Assembly: GCF_009914755.1 (NCBI RefSeq) | Contig: NC_060933.1 | Reading direction: 5' to 3' (one strand) | Source: the human T2T-CHM13v2.0 reference genome, Homo sapiens | Length of the DNA stretch: 64,000 nucleotides | In this document: in pieces, positions 24,712-37,470 of the stretch | Position numbering within the stretch: the stretch's first letter is position 1 | Layout of the letters: the number at the start of each line of letters is the position of its first letter | Program-made: the position numbers and the translations under genes | Notes under the pieces: generated by a model | Database searches by the model: none | What the model was told of the DNA's origin: nothing | The model's input: the letters and a program-made list of their open reading frames with translations, nothing else

Positions 24712-27574
24712 CTCCCATGTCTCCAAAAGGAGGAATACATGTGGGTTCACACATAGGGGTTCACACTTTTTTGGCTTCAAATCCCTTCCTTCCTTGGACA
24801 ACCTATTAACCTCTTGAGAGTTTCAGTTACTCTTGGAAGATGTCATCAGAAGATTGGAAGGCCTTCGTATGACCCTTCGTATTACCATATATTCATATTA
24901 TCTTTTATCTCTACCTCCACTGCCAAACTCAAACACATTTCTAGTTGCCCATGAACCCTCATCTCAACTTTTTTCTCACAGCAAGTTCCCTGCCCTGTTT
25001 CTTTTCCAACTCCTCAGTCCCAGGAGTTACTTCTCTTAATCCTGGTGTTCTGAATGACTGCAGGATTGAAATTCTGCGTCCTACTTCTCTCTAAGAGCAC
25101 TGGATGGCAAGGTTCTGCAGGTGGGCAGGTCTGCCCATCCCCTGTATTAACCATGGTGGAGGGCGATGAACCTGACAGAGTGCACAGGCTGCCAGCTGCC
25201 CTGGAGCCTGCCTGCTCCTAACTGGCATGCAGGCCATGTATGGTAATGCAGGAGGCCAGCCTCCGGCCTCGGGAAGGCTCATTCCTACCTCCGGGCAACT
25301 GTAGGTGTGCAAATAGCTCAAGGAAGGATCATTTTAAATGCCTTGAAAGCCTGATTTGTAAATAATCTAAGACCAAAGACAGAGCAAGTTAAATATTTAT
25401 TTGAAGATTATGTCTCTAAGGAGGGATTGTTGAAAATTAGTGAGTGCCTTCCCTTCTTGCCTTCCCTCCCATGCTGGAGGGCATATTATTTTTATGGCTG
25501 TGTTTGACAGCCAGAACAAGCCTCTGTAGATTTACTGGTTGTTTGTAGTGGCATTTATGTGTTTGAATGAGCTGGGCAAACAAGAAGGAGGGAGGTGCGG
25601 GTGGTTAATTAACTCTGAGAATCTCTTTGCCCACACTTCCATACTCGGGAAATGCTGGTAAAAGAACCATTCACAGGTTTTTTAAGAAGAATAGCCACAC
25701 AAAAATCCTTCCCTTCACAGGGCTGGTTTGGAAAGCACAGCAAATCAGCACTCCTGCCATTGTAGACTCAGAATCTCCAGGGTGAAAGGCTTGCTTCTGA
25801 GCAGAAAATATATGTGGCCATGACTTTCTGGATCAGAAAACCAGCAGTCCAGTCAGTTCCTGGGATACTGGCATTCATTCATTCACCCAATAGTTTCTTG
25901 CCACTTGATAGCTGTAGGGCCTGGGTATGTTCATATATATATACATATATCCAGGTCAGCCTGCTTTCTGAGGTATACACAGAAACAGATTTGAAAAATT
26001 GCTATTTTATTCTTTTTTAATGAATAAATATATAGTGAAAATCAAGCCTGATGGGAAAAAAAAAAAAACTCCAAAAGTCTTGGTCGATCAACCTTGCATT
26101 TAACCATCTATAGCACTTTCCTCTCCTGGGATATTTTATAAGATAAACTAGGCTCAGACTGTGGGCACCTGGATTCTCATCCCATTTCTCCCAGACAGAA
26201 TCTGTGAATTCTTGGGGGAAGCCCCTCACCTCTTTTGGCCTCACTGTTGAGATGAAGGTGTTGGATCACCTCACTCTCTGGGCCTCCTTGTTGAGATGAA
26301 CAACTTGCATTAAATAAATGTCCCCTCAACTTGCATGATCTTAGGAATCATCTGGAGGATCCAATTCAGTAGACCTGGGGTAAGGCCTGGGAATCTAAGA
26401 TTCTATTAAAAGCCCCAGGTGATGGTCATGGGAACATCTGGGAAACACTGGATTGGATGATCTTTGTGGTCCCCTCTGGATATGACCTTTTAATATCATC
26501 ATTTTTCCAGGAACTCCCCAACCCACTTCAATGGATATCTCTGAAAAAGCTTTAATAAGAGTCCAGAGAATCACTGGACTTTTCAAACCACACAGACAAA
26601 AAGAGAAGCATCAGAGAAAGGTCATACACAAACGTTTCAAAACCACTGATGCACCGTAGCTCACAGGTGTTCTCCTTGAATGGGGTAGCAGGGACATAAA
26701 TGGGGCAGATTCCCTTAGTGACAAAAAGCACAATGGCGAAATGAGGACAAAGTCACTCTACTGTGCCGTGGCCCCAGGAATGTGGAGAGTGCATGGGAGG
26801 ATGGGACCATGTGTGGATGTGGGGTCAGAAGCCACCCATCCAGCTTTGACACTGTGGATGCCGTTGGGCACTGATTTCAGGAGATACACAGAGGAAGGGG
26901 GAGCTGTGGGCACCTCTTCTTTCCCTGACTTACCATGGCCCTCTGGGGTAGGGAGGTTAAGAACTTATAGGCACTCACTCTCCCCTCTGTCCCAGGCTCT
27001 CATCCCAGGCCCTGGGATGCTGCTGCCAGCTCTCTGGGTCATCCTCTAGTACTTGCTCTCCTTCCATCTCTTCTCCAAGGCACCTTTCCTCCCTCTGCAA
27101 GAAACTTTTCATGCCTACAAGCCCCACTCCTTGTGCATGAGAGAAAAATGAGAGAAGCTCTTTTTTGTTGTGCACAGAGGTTTTGCAATACCTCCTTCTC
27201 CTCTTGCTCTGTGGGTCTAGCCCTAACTCCTGCTAACTCCTGCTAGGTGGCTTAAGCTTTTGGGCTCTGGTGAGCCCTTCACCACTCATTGTCCCTCTAG
27301 CCTTAGGGGAGGCATCAGCTTTATGCTCTTCTGAGCTTTAGGTTGCCTCAGCATCTCTTGTTGGGCTTCTCAGCTCTTACATCATCTTTGTGTTAGTTTG
27401 TGGCATTAAGTTCCTTTGGTGTAAGAGACCTGTATGCGTTTCTGTTTTTCTGACTTGACCGCAAACATCCTAATTTTCAAGGTAGGCCCCCGGGCTTAAT
27501 TGCTGCTCTGAGTAATGCATATAGCAGTAGCATCTGACAAGTGACTGGCTGAGATGCCATACTTAAACAAAAAC

Positions 27575-28350
27575 CTCACACTTAGGATGTCCCAAATTGA
27601 ATACATTGACCTTTCCAATTGTCTTCTGATCTCAGTGTTTACAGAATAACATTTCTGGCCTGTTGCAGTTGCCAGTGTTCAGATTCTCAATGTTCTCTAC
27701 ACCTCTTCCCTCTACCTCACCCCGCACATTCAATAGAATGCCAGTCCTCTCGATGACAGTGCCCTGATAAGTACGAATCCACACCCCCATAAGCATCCCC
27801 ATAAACCAGCTTCAGGCTGTTATTTTTCCTTTTGCTGCAAAGGCCTCTGCTGGTCCCTGGCTTTTGGTGTCTTCCCACCTCTGATCCACACATGTGCTTC
27901 TGGAGGGATATTAGTCAAGCACAACTGTGTTCTGTCCACCGCTGACAAGATAAAGGTCCCACTCTCCTGGCAAATGAGCCCTTGGAGGATCTAACCCATC
28001 TATATAGCCTCACTCCTGGCAGGCGGTACCTCTCACCATTTCTCAGGCATACCTTGCATTTCCTGCATTCACACTGTTCCCTCCTCTCAGAATGCCCTTT
28101 CTTCTTATTTCTACCTAGCTTCAAGTCCTTGGTTTAATGCCAGCTCCAACCTAAAGCCTCTCCTAATCCTCCTATCTGGAACTAATCTCTCCTTCCTCAA
28201 CGCGCTCCTGCGTTTCATTGTTCAGCCCCTTTGCCTCTTACCACATTCTGCCTTATAGGGTCGCTATGTTGCTAAGTCACCCCCAAATGGAAAGTCCTCT
28301 GGATGTGGTGCTTGTTCATATGTACAGCTCCTATCAAATAGTTGCTGTTC
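27575..28350 (+). mobile_element. L2 fragment
   Basis: CTCACACTTAGGATGTCCCAAATTGAA...CACACTGTTCCCTCCTCTCAGAATGCCCTT...TTCAAGTC is pyrimidine-rich L2 3' region. Confidence 0.6.
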
Positions 28351-28589
28351 AGTGGAGACTGGGTAGAAGACATGTTATGGTCACTCAGTTAATGCATATC
28401 ACATTTGTGAATTACAGCAATGCTTTCATACATACCTCTCTATATTTAAATCTATCTATTATTTTGTCAATGACATTGCTATTCTTCTTGGGAAATAGTA
28501 CTGGCTTCTCTTTTTAACCCAGTCTCTTAAACACAATCACTGGATATTAATAATTTATTAGACAAAATTTCCCATACAGATGATTTGAG

Positions 28590-28790
28590 TGTCAGTCACA
28601 TGCACATGTTAGGTGATTTGCATACATTATTTTATATAATCCTCTCAAGGCGGGACTCTCTTTATTTTATAGATGAGAAAAACTAAGGCTCATACAGATT
28701 AAAGACTTTTATCAGCACTGTTAGCTGGTGAGTGGCGGGGCCAGGATCTGAAGGGGGATCTACATGATTTAAAACCTTACGTCATAGAAG
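28590..28790 (-). mobile_element. MIR
   Basis: ATTTTATAGATGAGAAAAACTAAGGCTCA...GCTGGTGAGTGGCGGGGCCAGGATCTGAA. Confidence 0.7.
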
Positions 28791-30565
28791 GATACGTTCT
28801 TTACCTTCATCTTGGGGAAGAAAGATTTATCTCATGAGAAAAGACTAAATTTACAGACGAAAACTTCCATTTCTTGTGTCTTACTGGGCTTGGAATGTCT
28901 CCGCTGGTCTTTGATGACCCTGGGCACTAGTGAGGTTGCCCACCTTACTCCATTTCTCCTCTGGTTTTCTCCATAGTAACACAGATACTTCTTAATGAAG
29001 TCCTGCACCCCAGATTCCCAATCTAGTTCTTTCACCAGCTCACTATCATTAACCCCACCCCCGGCCCCAGGTAGGCATGCCATCCTAATTCTCAATAGCT
29101 CACCAGTTGAAAAATAGCTTCTCCTTGGAAAAGACCCAGAGGATGCCATGCTGGCTGGTGGGAGATGGATCTTGCCATCACGGTCACAGACGCGAGATGA
29201 GCAGCAGAATTCCTGGCTTGGCCTCCGTGTCGGGTCTGAGGAGGCTGGAGCTGTTGGCAATTCTTTCCCGGGTCTGTCTTGCCTGCCAAGTTGGTTGACC
29301 TCTGGGGCATGGTGAAAGGTGTAGCTTTTTGGTTAGCTATTTTTCAGGGCTTTTCGGTTCCCTTGCTTTCTTTCCCCTTTAGTTTTTCTTTTCAGAGAGA
29401 CTCTTAGCTTCCTCATTCAATGCAATAGCCCAGATGCATTGAGGCATGGGGGCCCAGAGGCACTGGACTCATTAACATGAGTCCTGTAAGTGAGTATAAA
29501 AGTGTTAATACAGTAGCAACGTGAGCCGGCTCCCTTTAAAAACAAAAAACAAAAAACAAAAAAAACTCTTAGTGTTAGGTAATCCTCATTGTCTTTCTTG
29601 CCTTATTTCTTCTCCACTCAAGAGTTTCTGTCTTTCCTTTTACCCTTTCTTTACTCTTCTCTCCATCTCCCTTTGTCTTTCATCTCTCTTTAAAGGCAAA
29701 ACACGACACAGCTTCTCAGTGTATGCCTGTCAGACTTGTTGGCCCTCAGGCTGAAAAAGTTCTCTGAGTTCTCAGGAATCCTCCCAAGGCTGGCTGGCTG
29801 GCTTTGAGGACTATCACACCAAAAAGTACTGCTGCCTTCCAGGTACAGACCAGGTTGGACTGGATTGGGAGTCTAATTACCAGCAGAAAATTAAAGAAAG
29901 GTAATAATTGCCCTTAAGCACTTAACAAAAGCAAATCTCACCTTGAAGGTTTGTAAATTTGTAGTGAGGACTGATTTAAGGGAGCTTGTGCTGCACTCTT
30001 TGTGTTTGATTTGCAAACCAGAATGCACACGCCTCCATATGCATAATTGGATCCTCACGGTCTCTGCCTCCATGTGACCATGCAGTAGTTTATTTATCCA
30101 GTGCTCATTCAAAGAAAAGCTGAATGGAACAAGAAAACTCCTACTTTGCGATAGGATTAGATACCATGGAGTATTCCTCCCCCGTACTCTTTCAAAGATT
30201 TTTTTTTTAAGTTTCTAAATCTGCTTGGGAAGAAAAAGTAAATTGCCAGAAGTGAGATTAGTGGGGAATATTGTTCTTAGGACAATAGTGTCTTTATGGC
30301 TTGACTGGTATGAGCTCCCCGCTTCAAAAAAATACAAGAGCTGGAGGTGTGGGGGTTCTTAATTGCCTACATCTGATCAACTGGCAGCAAAAAAAAAAAA
30401 AAAAGAAGAAGAAGAAGAAGAAAGAAATCTCATTCAGCTCTGATTTGGCCTGGATCAAGTCCACTTGCTAATCAGAGTTTAATGAGGATGCCACTGGCCC
30501 TGTTGTATTTGCCGATGCTCCCACTAAGGTCCCTGGCCTTATGTTTGTGCAGGGAGCCCTTGCAT

Positions 30566-30935
30566 CCCGCCGCCCCACGAAGCAGGATGCGGGCTGAGAT
30601 GGAAAAGTCCCGGCCCGGAGAAGTTAATTAAGTTTAGGCCCTTGGCATTCCAAGTCACCGGAACCGATGGTGGGAAGCCTCACCCACCGGCACAAAAGAG
30701 ACCCACATGGAGCTCTGAATGACTGTCCCTGGCGGTGGTAGCTGGGCTTCTGCGCGCCCCACTGCCAGCTCTTAACCCCGGGAACTGTGTCCCCTCCCCT
30801 CCACTGCACAAACTGAATAGGCCTTCAGGACCGCGGAGGGCCCTGGCTCTGGCGTAGGAGGTTTTGGGAAGCGCATGGTCCAGCATCGGATGTTACAAGA
30901 GCGCGGATGCCAGGCCCTGGCAGGGATTGACAGAT
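30566..30935. promoter_or_regulatory. Small CpG-rich unique patch (orphan CpG-island-like or enhancer candidate)
   Basis: About 20 CpGs in ~340 bp (hand count) against a CpG-depleted background. Contains TTAATTAA (30624), a TEAD-like CATTCCA (30646) and GGATTGACAG (30924). Confidence 0.5.
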
Positions 30936-32021
30936 CTGTGAAGGCTCAGACGAAGGCCTGATTTGTTTTGTGACAGTTCCTTTGGTTTTTAACACAAATT
31001 ATCATAAGCAAAAAAATTGAACTTGAGGTGAGCAAGCCACTCTTTCTTTCTTTTTTTTTTTTCAATTGTATATTCCATAATCTCTGAGTAGAGGAAACTG
31101 AGCATCTGTGTCTCCATGGGGATGCTGCGGAGAGCTGTAGGTCTTGGGTTCAAGGAGCCCCAGGGTAAGGGACTCCCCCTCCTTGCTGCCTGTTTGTGTT
31201 CCTGGCAAGCAAAGCCAGGAGGACAGTGGAAAGAATGGGAGGTTGAGAGGCTTACTGACTTGGGTTTGAGTTCCAGGCCCACCTGAATTCTTTGAGGCTC
31301 AGTGTCCCTTATGACAAATAGAAAAATCATAGTCATTGGCCAGATAACAATGTCTCGGTCAAGACAGGGCTAGTATATGACAGTGGTCCCATAAGATTAG
31401 ATGGAGCTGAAAAAATCCTATCACTTAGAGACATGATAACTGTGGTAATGTCATAGCACAAGGCATTGCTCACGTGTTTATGGTGATCCTGGCAGAAACA
31501 AACCTACTGCGATGCTGGCTGTATAACAGTCGGACACATACATACATATGTGCAGTGCATACTACTTGATAATGATAATAAATGACTGTTATTCATTTGT
31601 GTATTTACAATACTATACTTTTTATTATTATTTTGGAGTGTACATCTACTGAAAAAAAAAGTTAACTGTAAAAGAGCCTCAGGCAGGTCCTTCAGAAGGT
31701 ATAATAGCAGAAGGGATTGTTATTCTAGGACCAGATGGCTCCACGTGTGCTTCTGTCCCTGAAGACCTTCCAGTGGGAGAAGATGTGGAGGTGGAAGACA
31801 GTGATATTGATGATCCTGACCCTGTGTAGGCCTAGGTGTGTTTTTAGTCTTAGGTTTTAGCAAAAAAGTTTACAAAGTAAAAAGTAAAAGCTTAAAAAAT
31901 AGAAAAAGCTTATAGAAAAATGATATAAAGAAAAATGTTTTTGTAAAGCTGTAAAATGTGTTTGGGTTTCAAGCTAAATGTTATCATAAAAGAGTCAAAA
32001 AGCTTAAAAAAGAAAACTTTA

Positions 32022-32336
32022 GGCCAGGTGCGGTGGCTCACGCTTGTAATCCCAGCACTTTGGGAGGCCGAGGCAGGTGGATCATGAGGTCAGGAGTTCA
32101 AGGCCAGCCTGGCCAAGATGGTGAAACCAAGTCTCTACTAAAAATACAAAAATTAGCTGGGCGTGGTGGCGGGCACCTGTAATCCCAGCTACTTGGGAGG
32201 CTGAGGTAGAGAATTGCTTGAACCTGGGAGGTGGAGGTTGTAGTGAGCTGAGATTGCACCACTGCACTCCAGCCTGGGCGACAGAACAAGACTTCATCTC
32301 AAAAAAAAAAAAAAAAGAAAAAAAAAACAGAAAAAG
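32022..32336 (+). mobile_element. AluSg
   Basis: GGATCATGAGGTCAGGAGTTC...GGCCAAGATGG diagnostics. TSD AAAAGAAAACTTTA on both sides. Confidence 0.95.
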
Positions 32337-32597
32337 AAAAAGAAAACTTTAAAAAGTAAAACAGTTACAATAAACTAGGGTTAATTTATTATTGAAGAAA
32401 GAAATTTTAAACATAAATTTAGGGTAACCTAAGTGTCCAGTGTTTATAACATCTGCAATAATGCACAGTCATGCCCTAGGCCTTCACGTTCACCCAGCAC
32501 TCACTCATGAACTCACCCAGAGCAACTTCCAGTCCTGCAAGGTCCATTCATGGCAAGTGCCCTATAAAGGTGTATTGTTAAAAAAGTAATTTTTTTT

Positions 32598-32730
32598 AAT
32601 ATTTTTTTTTTCATTTTTACAAGACAGAGTCCTGATATGTTGCCCAGGTTGGTCTCAAACTCTTGAGTGATCTGCCGGCCTTGACCTCCCAAAGTGCTGG
32701 GATTACAGGCATGAGCCCCTGCACTCAGCC
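32598..32730 (-). mobile_element. FLAM_C / left Alu monomer
   Basis: T-rich tail plus a single arm ...CCTCCCAAAGTGCTGGGATTACAGGCATGAGCC. Confidence 0.85.
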
Positions 32731-33114
32731 CTAAAATGAAATATTTTATACTGTATTTGTACTGTACCTATTCTATGTTTAGATATGTTTAGGTACACAA
32801 ATAGCTGCCATTGTGTTTCGGTTGCCTACAGTATTCAGTGTAGTACCATGCTGCCCAAGTTTGTAACCTAGGAGCATAGGCCATACCATATAGCCTAGCT
32901 GTGTAGGAGGCTATACTTTCTAGATGTGTATAAGTACGCTCTACGATGTTTACACAATGAAGAAATCACCTACAGTTGTGTTTCTCAGAATGTGTCCCTG
33001 CCGTTAGGTGACACATGACTGTACTTACCATAGTGTAAGGATTGAGATATGTGTGGACATTGTCAGGAGTGTCATTCTCAAGGTCACATGATAAGTGGGC
33101 CTGTTCCTTCCAGG

Positions 33115-33290
33115 CTGATGGTTCTCAAAATCTAGCCATCATTAGAATTCCCTAAAGAGCTAGTGAGCATGCGTGCTCCTGGGCTCCACCTACAGAGACT
33201 GATTCAGCAGGCCTGAGAATGTGCATTCCTAACAAGATCCAGGTGATGCTGATGCAGGTGAATTGTGGACCAGGTTTCAAGACATAACCT
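33115..33290. mobile_element. MER5A MITE
   Basis: GGTTCTCAAA...CATTAGAAT...CTGGGCTCCACC...CTGATTCAGCAGG...CTAACAAG...CAGGTGATGCTGATGC. Confidence 0.8.
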
Positions 33291-33752
33291 TAGATGATAG
33301 GGCAGTCGGGCAGGGTTCTGCAAGTACTAAGTAGTTTTATGACATCTGAAGCCACCTGCATTTACAGTATTATGGGTAGAATTTATTCTACTGGTCTATA
33401 ATTATTTTTTCTTTCAGTGTCTCTCTTATTAACATTTATTGAACATTTTCTGTGTCCCAAGCATTATATTATACTAAGCCTATTACCAATATTATCTCAT
33501 TTAATCCTCTCCTTTTCTCATTAAAACTTGCAACTAGCTGCATGGCTTTCTCACGCCATTCATAATAACTTAAGCTCAAACTGTTACCTTTTCAATGAGG
33601 ACTTACGCTTTTTAAAATCAAATCCTCTCTTCGTTCCTCAGCACATCTTAGCCTCCTTTTCTGCTTTTTATTTCCCTTTGAAAAGTATTAATCGCTATTG
33701 AATATACTATGTATTTTATTTATTTCATTTGTTATCTGAATACCCTCAAGAT

Positions 33753-33872
33753 TTCCTTCCTCCCTCCCTTCCTTCCTTCCTTCCTTCCTTCCTTCCTTCC
33801 TTCCTTCCTTCCTTCCTTCTTTCCTTCCTTCCTCCCTCCCTCCCTCCCTCCCTCCCTCCCTTCCTTCCTTTC
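33753..33872. repeat. Compound (CCTT)n/(CCCT)n microsatellite
   Basis: Pure pyrimidine tetranucleotide run of ~120 bp. Confidence 0.97.
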
Positions 33873-34575
33873 TTCTGTGTTGTTTACTGGGATTTCTCTA
33901 GTCTCTACAACAGTCACTGACCCATTCTAGGTGTGCTATTAAAATGCATTAAACAAATGAAAGAACCAGCTCAGGAAGTAGATACTTCACTTTGTGGATG
34001 AAAAACAGGTTTAGGAAAGATAGGTAATTTGGTCAAGATTGCATACCAATAGGTGGACAAGAAACAACAAAAACTCAGGTATGTGTGTCTCCAAAGCCGT
34101 GCTCTCAACCCGGGGCCACCTGCCCTCACTGCCATCATGCTCTGGGCTAATTTGGGCAGGTTCCACTGGGAGCCCAGAAACCTAACATGCAGCATCCCAC
34201 GGGGCTCCGAAGGCCTATTCTCTCCTGAGAGAGCAAACTGAGAGTGTAGGGTGCAGGTTGACCCGAGGTGGGGAAGATGGTCTTCTGAGAACATCACACC
34301 TCAGCCAGCCCATCGTTTTGGAACATCTGGGTGCAGCAACAGAGAATTTTACCAACACACCACTCCCTCTTTGCTGAAGAGCTGACTGAACATGTTTTTC
34401 TGCTTCACAATTTGAATTCTCCCTCCAAGAAAATCCTTTCTCCAGCCCATAGGCAAGCTCATATATCTTATTTTATAATCCCACTGCTGAAATGTCAGCT
34501 GTAAACTGTGGAAGCCCATTTGGTTTTAATGCATGAGTGGCTCAATACATATTTGAGCAAATTAGTGAACAAAAC

Positions 34576-37437
34576 TTTTTAAATTAAACTATTTTTTTGA
34601 GATAATTGTAGATTCATGTGCAGTTGTAAGAAATAATGCAGAGATATTCCTCAAACCCTTTACCCTGTTTCTCCCAATGATGATATCTTGCATAGCTGTA
34701 GTTCAATATCACAATCAGGATATTGACATTGATGCAGTGAAAATGCAGAACATTTCCATCTCCACAAGCATCTCTCATGTCGCTCTTTTATAGACACACC
34801 TAGTTCCCTTCTATCTTCCCTGTCCATAACCTCCTGGCAATCACTCATCTGTTCTCCATTTCTATAATTTTGTCATTTCAAGCATGTTTTATAAATGGAA
34901 ACATACAGTATGTAGCCTGGTAGGATTGACTTTTCTCACTTAACATAATTCTCTAAAAATTCATCCAAGATGTTGTATGGGCCAGCAGTTCATTTCTTCA
35001 CTGCTGGGTAGTATTACTTCATGATGTAGTTATACTAATTGTTTAACCATTTACCTATTGAAGGACATTTAGATTGCTTCCAATGTTTGTCTATTAAGAA
35101 TAAAGCAGCTATGAATATTCATGGATAGGTTTTTGTGTGAACGTGAGTTTTCATTATTCTGGGATAAATGTGCAGGTTTATAATTGCTGGGCCATATGAA
35201 AGTTGATGTTTAATGTTTTTCTAAAACCACCAAACTGTTTTCCAGAGTGGCTGCAGCATTTTGCACTCCCACCAGCAATGTATGAGTGACCTGGTTTCTC
35301 TGTATCTTCCTCGGCATTTGGTGTTGTCATAAATTTTTATTTATATCATTCACATTAGGTGTGTAGCAATATCTCACTGTGGTTTGAATTTGCATTTCCC
35401 TAGTGGCGAATGATGCGGAACAACTTTTCACTTGCTTATTTGCCATCCGTATTTCCTCCCTGGTGAAATATCTGTTTATGTTGTTTGCCCACTTTCTAAT
35501 TATACTGCTTGCTTTGTTGTTATTGAGTTTTCAGAATTTTGTATACATTCTAGATACTAGTCTCTTGTGAGAGATGTGATTTGTAAATATATTCTCTCAG
35601 TCTGTATCTTGTGTTTCTTTTTTTTTTTTTTCCATTTTCTTACCGGGGATTTTCACAGAGTAAAAGTTTTTAATTTTGGTGAAGTTCAGTTTATCAATTT
35701 TTTTTCTTTTATGCATTGTGCTTTGACATCTACTGTATGAACTCTTAGCCCTCGATACTGAAGATTTCCTCCTACATTATTTCCCAAAAGTTTTACATTT
35801 TACACTTAAGTCCATAATACATCTTGTGTTAAGTTTCGTATAAGGTATAAACTTAAATCAAGTTTTATTTTTTTCATTGGTGAATGCCCAATTACTTTAG
35901 CACCATTTATTGACAAGACTATCCTTCCTCCATTAAATGAGTGGCACTTTTGTCAAAAAGTTGAGTATATTTATGTGTCTGTTTCTGGGTTCTTTATTCT
36001 ATTCCGTTGATCTGTGTGTCTATCTTTCCACCAATACTACACTCTTGATTAATGTACGTTTTGATTAATATAAGTTTTGAAATCGAGGGGACTGATTCTT
36101 CTTACTTCATTCTTCTTTTTCAAAATTGTTTAACTCTTCTAGTTTCTTTTGCATTTCCATATAAATTTTAGAATAATCTCATCTGTATCTATAAAAAATC
36201 TTGGCAGTGTTTTGGTAGGAACTGCCTTAAATCTTTATTTAATTTGGGAGAATTGACATCTTTACTATGTGGAGGGTTCTAGTCCATGTCCATGTGAGAT
36301 ATACTATGTCTTTGATTTCTTTCATCAGTATTTTGATGTTTTAAGCATGTGAGTCCTATACATATTTTGTTAGATTTACACCTGCTTTGTTTTTTGAGCT
36401 ACTGGAAATGATAGTGCTTTAAAATTTGTTACCCTGTGTTTATTCATAATGTATAGACACGCAATTAATTCCTATATATTGATCTTATATCCTGCAGCCT
36501 TGTAGAAGTCACTTATTAGTTTTAGGAATTTTTTTTGGTAACTATCTTGAGATCTTCTCTGTAGGAAAATCTGTCTGCATGTAGAGGCAATTTTATTTCT
36601 TCCTTTCCAAGCTATATGCCTTTATTTACGTTTCTTGCCTTATTGTCTTGGCTAGAACGTCCAGTACTACATTGGATTAATGATGCATGCAGATATCCTT
36701 GTCTGATTTCATTCTTGGAGGAGAAGCATTCAGTCTTTCACCATCAGGTATAATTTTGGCTGTAAGTTTTTTTTGTAGATGCTCTTTATCAAGTTCTAGA
36801 AGTTCTTCTCTATTCCTGTTTTTCTGGGAATTTTCATCATGAATGGGTATTGGATTTCATCAAATGATTTTTCTGTATCAATTGATAAGATCATGTGACT
36901 TTTTTCTTCTTTAACTTATTAATATGGTAGATCTTGTTGATTGATTTTCAAATATCAATTGGTTTTGCATATCTGAGAATAAAGCCCACTTCGTCATGGT
37001 GTATAATTATTTTTTTGTATTGCTGAATTTTATCTGCTAATATTTTGTCAAGAAGTTTTGCATCTAAATTCATAAGGGATATTGGTCTGTGTTTTCTTTT
37101 CCTTCTCCTTTTTTGTACTGCCTTATTGTCTTTATCTGGTTTTGGCACCAGGGTAATAGAAGCTTCATAAAATGAATTGGTAAGTATAACCTCCTCTTCT
37201 ATTTTCTGGAAGAGATTATGTAGAATTAATGCTAGTTCTTCTTTAAACATTCTCCAATGAAACCACCTGGACCTGGAGATCTCTTTTTTGGGAATTTTTA
37301 AATTACAAAGTCAATTTCATTAGTAGTTGTAGGGCTATTCAGATTTTCCAATGATTGATTCCAATGTTGGGTGAGTTGTGAGAAATTGGTTCATGTCCTC
37401 TAAGTGTCAATTTTATGTGTGTAGAGTTGTTTGTAGT
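34576..37437 (-). mobile_element. L1MC/MD-type LINE, ~2.9 kb 3' portion
   Basis: 3' end GAGATAATTGTAGATTCATGTGCAGTTGTAAGAAATAAT, with continuous L1 sequence to ~37430. Confidence 0.93.
36948..37250 (-). pseudogene. L1 ORF2 reverse-transcriptase remnant
   Basis: FKEEL...LFQKIEEE...[17 protein letters not shown]...[13 protein letters not shown]...HHDEVGFI is the L1 ORF2 RT N-terminal region. The frame is broken on both sides. Confidence 0.93.
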
Positions 37438-37470
37438 ACAGAATGGGGGGTCCCTGACTTATGATGGTTT

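Larger units (their letters stand above)
31330..33021 (+). mobile_element. Tigger3b (Golem-family) DNA transposon with two Alu insertions
   Basis: Decayed left end AGTCAT...TCGGTCAAGAC...GTGGTCCCATAAGATTA, internal GCCTCAGGCAGGTCCTTCAG, and right end CGTTAGGTGACACATGACTG followed by TA. Confidence 0.9.

Noticed and set aside
28832-29310. 142-aa minus-strand ORF and overlapping ORFs in unique DNA
   Set aside because: No recognisable domain, non-ATG start and no convincing exon structure. The length is within chance expectation for six frames over 64 kb. PhyloCSF would be decisive.
33709-33930. Low-complexity ORFs (LPSF/EGRK repeats)
   Set aside because: They are translations of the (CCTT)n microsatellite.
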